DNA from: Heptranchias perlo
Taxonomy: Eukaryota
Reading direction: 5' to 3'
NCBI RefSeq assembly: GCF_035084215.1
Contig: NC_090345.1
Location: 33,604,001 to 33,668,000 of the forward strand
DNA: 64,000 bases
Positions 61,611 through 64,000 of the stretch are shown piece by piece. A program made the translations under genes and the position numbers. The notes beneath the pieces were generated by a model. That model was not told where the DNA came from, did no database searches, and saw only the letters and a list, made by a program, of their open reading frames with translations. The number at the start of each line of letters is the position of its first letter. Position 1 is the first letter of the stretch.

Positions 61611-61812
61611 AAAAGCAAAATACTGTGGATGTTGGAAATCTGAAATTAAAACAGAAAATCCTGGAAAACACTCAGCAGGTCAGGCAGCATCTGTGGAGAG
61701 AGAAACAGTTAACGTTTCAGGTCAATCACCTTTCATCAGAACTGGAAGATGTTCAAAGTACTACTAGGCCCCGAGACATCTTCCTGTTCTGATGAAGGGT
61801 GATCGACCTTCA
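61611..61812 (-). mobile_element. pLTR fragment of a second Penelope-like family, with a short inverted partial copy
   Basis: aaagcaaaatactgtggatgttggaaatctg...aacgtttcaggtcaatcacctttcatcagaactgg. An inverted partial copy ttctgatgaagggtgatcgacct lies at ~61787-61809. Confidence 0.7.
61706..61744 (-). ncRNA. Minimal type I hammerhead ribozyme motif (second family)
   Basis: The minus strand reads cagtt-CTGATGA-a-aggt(gattg)acct-GAAA-cg-T-T-aactg, with a palindromic ACGT helix III. Confidence 0.78.
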
Positions 61813-62799
61813 GGTGAAGCAGGACTAGAGAATGAGGGCAAATTGAATCAGGGCACCCAGATGTAATATTTTTGATCAGATACTAGTAGATCTCCTGTGG
61901 CAATACTCATAGTGAGTCAGAGGTTTTATAAGAAAAGGAGTGTTATGAATGTAGTATTACCAGGGACACTAACTTATCAATATTGAGGCCTTTCTGGGAC
62001 CTAGCAATACTATGATGGGATCTCAGGGCCTAGCAGTACTTTGAGATGGGCTCCCAGGGTTCCAGGAACACTGGACAAGGCTTTTTTTTGGAAAACTGGG
62101 GCAGTTCCTGTGATTTGGGATTGCTGGGATAGGGATCCCAGGGTCTAGGAGTTTTACAGAAGGAGATCTCAAGGTCTGGGAGCATTGGGGGTCGACATGA
62201 GTTTCGGAAACACTGGCAATGCAATTTAGAGGTTTGTAAGCACTCGAAGGATGTCACAGGATCTAGGAATGGCGGGAGAAAGTCTGAGAATGGAAATCAT
62301 GAGGTCCAGCGGGTCTCTGGCAGAGGGTTTCGTACATTGGGGTTTGCTGGGATCTTGCAGTATTGGGGGAAGTAAGGTTTAACATCCTTGTGGTAGAGAG
62401 GAGCCCAGGAGATGGGACCCAAACTGCTGTTGATCCCTTCCGAACTATCAGGCCCCTATCTGCCCACATGCTCCTGCATGTCAGGTATCCTTACCCCCAC
62501 TTTCTCCATCATCAGCCAGTTCCTTTCTTTATATTCTTGATTTCAAGTATTTAAGTGTAAATTTTATACTTGTTGTACACTCCCAGCATGTAGCAGGACT
62601 GTACTATTAGTAGCCCCAATTTTAACTCGGGGTGGCAGTGGTGTGGGCGGGGCCTGAGGCAGGTGGAAAACCAGCCCCATCTCAGCGGTTGTTTCCAAGT
62701 ATTTATATAAAATAAATCATTAAGCCTCAAAATGGTTCAGGAAAGATTTTTTAACTGAATATATATAATCAAAAGTGTTAATTGATTTAAAGCAATCTA

Positions 62800-63965
62800 C
62801 TCTCTATAAACAATTTTGTAGGCACTATGCGGCCTCCTAAGGACACAAAATGGCGTCCGGAATGCATGCGCACACTTCTAGCGTGACATGTGCTGGACGC
62901 TATCTTGCTAAACGCATTTGCACACACGCAGATAACGAATGCCTTCATTATGTAAAGTGGGGAGAATATGCGGTAGATCAGTGTGCAATGCTGATGTAAA
63001 GGGACAGATGCGATTTTGGAACTCAACGCTCCAGCCAACGCACTGTCTTAACCTCACACAACTGAACAGGTCGTAAACAGCATGGAGAACCCTCCCACCA
63101 GCTCTATTTAAAGGGATCACGCAGGAGTTACAGGTTAGTTGCTGGATTATTGCTTCTGTCTGCTGATGCATTTGTACCTGTTTTTGGAGGTCTCCTATAT
63201 TTGAATAGTAGGACTAGGGGACATAGCCTAAAAATTAGAGTTAGGAAACACTTCTACACGCAAAGGGTGCTAGAACTTTGGAACCCTCTTCTGCAAATGG
63301 CAGTTGATGCTAGCTCAATTGTTAATTTTAAATCTGAGATTGATAGGTATTAAGGGATATGGGGCTAAGTGGGTATATGGAGTTAGGCCACAGATCAACC
63401 AGGATCTCATTGAATGGTGGAACAGGCTCAAGGGGCCAAATGGCCGACTCCTGTTCCTATCTTCCTATATTCCTATAATAAAGTTTCAATACTCTACAGG
63501 GAATGGGCTGGCTAGCTGACAGGCAACAGCAAGGGCACTGGCAGAGTGGCAGGGGTGGGACAGGAACACTGTCATATTGAGAGAGGACAGCAGGTTCATG
63601 TTCCATGGAGCTATTGCCACTTGCTGCCTCCTGTTATGCGCCACCTCCTCCTGCAAGAAAGCGGGACGTGTGTCGGTGAGTGTCCTGCAAGATGTTTGGG
63701 TGATGTGCCTGTCATGGTTAAATAGCTGCCAGTGTGTGTGACCTGTGTGTTGTGGGTGTGCGGCTTGCAACAGTGGTAATGTGTGAGGGTGAGAGGAAGC
63801 ATCTGATTGGAAGAGTTGAGTATTGATTGAAATAATTTATTAGTATATGGGTGATGGGGGTGTAGTGTGTGGAACAGTGGATGTGGCTAGTGGTGTAGTT
63901 GGTAGGAGAGGCCACTTGACAGTTGACCTCACTCACCTTGACCACTCGTGTCAAAGCAATGAACT
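62800..63965. mobile_element. Harbinger family B, copy 2, with embedded CR1 3' end (about 63205-63474)
   Basis: Colinear with 1820-2780. Minus-strand Myb exon 2 reads cttgcag|EEVAHNRRQQVAI, and the exon 1 donor is at 63936. Confidence 0.8.
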
Positions 63966-64000
63966 TTTTTTTTATTCGTTCACGGGATGTGGGCGTCGCT
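63965..64000 (-). mobile_element. 3' tail of the 49612-family LINE, running off the window
   Basis: tttttttttattcgttcacgggatgtgggcgtcgct is the reverse complement of 52333-52367. Confidence 0.85.

Noticed and set aside
61787-61812. Additional hammerhead on the + strand
   Set aside because: It has CUGAUGA and helix II but is truncated before GAAA.

Overview
Repeat-dominated vertebrate genomic DNA. The repeat families are those typical of cartilaginous fish (shark-like; this is an inference). The only host-gene sequence I can recognise is a 103-nt minus-strand exon at 1167-1269 encoding GKEIGHDVDFLITCLEEGKEEGLLHKAISKLDRQ, the catalytic-aspartate exon of an X-family polymerase (TdT/DNTT or Pol mu). 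The rest of the window appears to be one very large intron or upstream region. It contains many CR1 LINE fragments, an L2 fragment, and a young CR1-group LINE with an unbroken ~2.7-kb ORF plus a tRNA-SINE that shares its 3' tail. It also contains Deu-domain SINEs, a Gypsy pol relic, Penelope-like elements carrying minimal hammerhead ribozymes, and many PIF/Harbinger elements (convergent Myb/SANT and HARBI1-like genes, GGG...CCC TIRs, 3-bp TSDs). The most notable points are: (1) one distinctive CR1 subfamily occurs only in the transposase 5' intron of two different Harbinger families, and where the junction survives it sits just before ATAATAAA, suggesting a transposon-targeting LINE; (2) five hammerhead motifs, with a compensatory helix-I change among the four same-family copies; (3) a 4-level nested insertion; (4) a reconstructable 3-exon Myb/coiled-coil/NLS gene in a Harbinger that lacks the DDE core.
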